Of a stretch of 64,000 nt of DNA, positions 61,360 through 64,000 are shown piece after piece. The stretch's first letter is position 1. Every line of letters begins with the position of its first letter. The notes below the pieces were generated by a model, which did not search any database, had not been told where the DNA came from, and worked only from the letters and a program-made list of their open reading frames with translations. Both the position numbers and the translations under genes were made by a program. Source of the stretch: Dendrobates tinctorius (Eukaryota); contig NW_027361836.1 of assembly GCF_039654945.1 (NCBI RefSeq), forward strand, positions 248,001-312,000, read 5' to 3'.

Positions 61360-62600
61360 TGTGTGTGTGTGTTTAATGATTTTTATTGTTATCTGATGAG
61401 ACTGTGTTCCTGCTAGCAGCAGGCAGTTAATATGGAGAAATTGGGTTAATAGTTGAGACTAGACCAGAATAGGAGGGGCTAGACGAAGAAACAGTGCAGA
61501 GTTTCCTGTTGGAACATCAGATAGGGCTGAGCAGCTTACAGCAATAAAAGACCTCAGTTCTGATTAGTTGGCAGAACCGCATGCAGTGCGTGTCTCTGTG
61601 ACAAGAGAGGAACTACTGGAGCAGATAGTAAATGCCTCTAAGAGAAGAGACAGCAGAAAAGACATTTAAGTTACTGTCTGGAGTCGAGACAGAGACAGAG
61701 AAGGAAGGACGCCTAGCAGAAGGGTACAGAGTATTCGGTCAGAGAGGTAACGAAAACAAAAGAGAAGAGTCTTACCGCATGGTAATTTAGAGGTGCCAGA
61801 TTAAATAAAACTGAGCAGGCGATATTAGCAGACAAAGTCCTCTAAGTGGAGAGAGACATGGAGCCATGGGTTAGAGTTGAAGTCTCTTCTTGCTAACCTG
61901 TGTGCAATTAATGAGATAGATGGAAGCTTTCGAGAAAGTGCACTAGTAAGTGTTACAAGCAGAAAGAAGAACCGATAGAGAGTGGTTTCACCGAGCAAGG
62001 AATCGTGTGTGCTGATGTTTTGCTGTTAAAGAAATGGCCATGAAGGAATTTACCTACTATCTGCTTTATACATTTCAAATTACATTATTCCTCGTTAAAA
62101 AGAAGTTTATTTTTGAACCGTGGTTTCTCTTACTTAAAACCGTAACTTCTGGTCCTGACAATGGCACCATGTGGTCTGCAGAGGCAAATCCCCATTGTAT
62201 CAAAAGTCCACACATCCAGTCAGGACCCCTGTTTTCAAATAGTGTGCTGGAGCATGGAACATGAGTACTTCGTGCACGGCTTCTGCACTGCACCATGTAA
62301 CACTGGCAAAACAAAATTACTGAGCAAATGAAGCGATGGCCGGGGGACCACAACAATGCAGGGAGACTATGGTACACAAGATGAGGTGCAAACAACAATG
62401 GGTTAATTTATTTACAGTCAAGGAATGCAGTGTTTAGGAAAATGCAGAAACAGGGGTATGCTATGGAAACAGACAATTTGCAAGGATAATATTCTTTAGC
62501 TGGGCCGTCAAACAGCACGGAGCACCAACTATCACAGCTCAGTGTATTTATCCAACTGGCAAGACAACACAGTAAAGGAATGTATGATGCTACACTAATT
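61360..62600 (+). mobile_element. Probable degraded Gypsy LTR plus start of internal region
   Basis: Purine-rich LTR-like composition similar to 59462-60491, followed by a Gln-rich gag-like remnant; termini not resolved. Confidence 0.35.
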
Positions 62601-62804
62601 ATAACTAGTGTTGAGCATTCCGATACCGCAAGTATTGGGTATCGGCCGATACTTGCTGTATCGGAATTCCGATACCGACTTCCGATATTTTTTCAATATC
62701 GGAAGTCGGCATCGGAATCGGAAGTTCAAGTTGATTGACAGCCTGACGTCATCATGATGCGCGGTGTGTGCGCATCATGATGCGCCGTCATTTCGGGCCT
62801 TCCG

Positions 62805-63100
62805 GGGGTCTCTGCCGGCCTGCCGGGGGGCTGTGTGGACTGCCCGGGGTCTGTACCGGCCTGCCGGGGGGCTGTGCCGGCCTGCCGGTGGTCTGTGCAC
62901 CCTGTGGGGATCTGTACCGGCCTGCCGGGGGGCTGTGCCGGCCTGCCGGTGGTCTGTGCACCCTGTGGGGGTCTGTACCGGCCTGCCGGGGGGCTGTGCC
63001 GGCCTGCCGGTGGTCTGTGCACCCTGTGGGGGTCTGTACCGGCCTGCCGGGGGGCTGTGCCGGCCTGCCGGGGGGCTGTGCTGATGTCCGGGGGTCTGTG
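62805..63100. repeat. GC-rich 61-bp tandem repeat
   Basis: CCGGCCTGCCGGGGGGCTGTGCCGGCCTGCCGGTGGTCTGTGCACCCTGTGGGG repeated. Confidence 0.9.
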
Positions 63101-63240
63101 CAAGCATCGTCCGATGGGACTACAAGTCCCATCTGGCGATGCCTGCTACCATGACAGTGATTGACACATTAGCCAATGATGGGACAGTAGTAGTCCCATC
63201 ATCCGGCTAATGTGTTGAATGTAAAAAAAAAAAAAAAAAA

Positions 63241-63965
63241 TACTACATACATACTACATGCATGCTACATACATACTACATGCTACATACATACTACATA
63301 CATACCACATACATACTACATACATACTACATACATACCACATATATACCACATACATACTACATACATACTACATACATAACACATATATACTACATGC
63401 ATGCTACATACATACTACATGCTACATATATACTACATACATACTACATACATACATACTACATATATACTACATGCATGCTACATACATACTACATGCT
63501 ACATACATACTACATATATACTACATGCATGCTACATACATACTACATGCTACATACATACTACATATATACTACATGCATGCTACATACATACTACATG
63601 CTACATACATACTACATACATACCACATACATACTACATACATACTACATACATACCACATATATACCACATACCTACTACATACATACTACATACATAC
63701 TACATACATAACACATATATACTACATGCATGCTACATACATACTACATGCTACATATATACTACATACATACTACATACATACATACTACATATATACT
63801 ACATACATACTACATGCTACATACATACTACATATATACTACATGCATGCTACATACATACTGCATGCTACATGCATGCTACATACATACTACATACATA
63901 CTACATGCTACATACATACCACATATATACTACATACATACTACATACAATACATTCATACAATA
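63241..63965. repeat. Compound (TACA)/(CATACTA) satellite
   Basis: Seen directly; it explains the His/Thr/Tyr/Ile ORFs. Confidence 0.92.
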
Positions 63966-64000
63966 CATACATAGACATACAGTACATATAACATAGAGTA

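Larger units (their letters stand above)
62606..64000. mobile_element. TAG-ended hAT-like non-autonomous element (runs off the window)
   Basis: Starts TAGTGTTGAGCATTCCGATACC with clustered palindromic CCGATAC/GTATCGG subterminal motifs. Confidence 0.7.

Noticed and set aside
62726-63996. Multiple long ORFs (Gly/Arg/Pro-rich and His/Tyr/Thr-rich)
   Set aside because: Translations of tandem and simple repeats.

Overview
Vertebrate genomic DNA, most likely amphibian/anuran. That assignment is inferred from the repeat families (T2/Kolobok and piggyBac TTAA elements, TAG-ended and CAGGG-ended hAT-like elements, a Lys-primed class I ERV). The window is almost entirely transposable elements, and I found no supportable host exon, RNA gene or CRISPR array. 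From 5' to 3' it holds: a young 5'-truncated CR1; an L2 3' end; a ~2.8 kb foldback; Tc1 relics; an R4/Rex6-like REL retrotransposon carrying a solo LTR; a decayed full-length BEL/Pao element with nested Tc1, solo LTR and piggyBac-type insertions; a four-level nest (Tc1 > composite hAT > solo LTR > near-intact two-gene PIF/Harbinger); a second CR1; an L2 > MITE > solo LTR nest; a three-LTR tandem ERV whose left LTR carries a Tc1 with an intact DD34E transposase; further Gypsy-type LTR relics; and a hAT-like element with satellites. The strongest candidate system is the Harbinger at 31164-36623. By manual splicing it has a fully open 7-exon, 691-aa MADF/Myb-like gene with a frame-preserving Pro/Gln/His/Tyr repeat tail, facing a 2-exon transposase broken by a single stop codon. 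Boundaries, TSDs and splice sites were read by eye; no database search was run.
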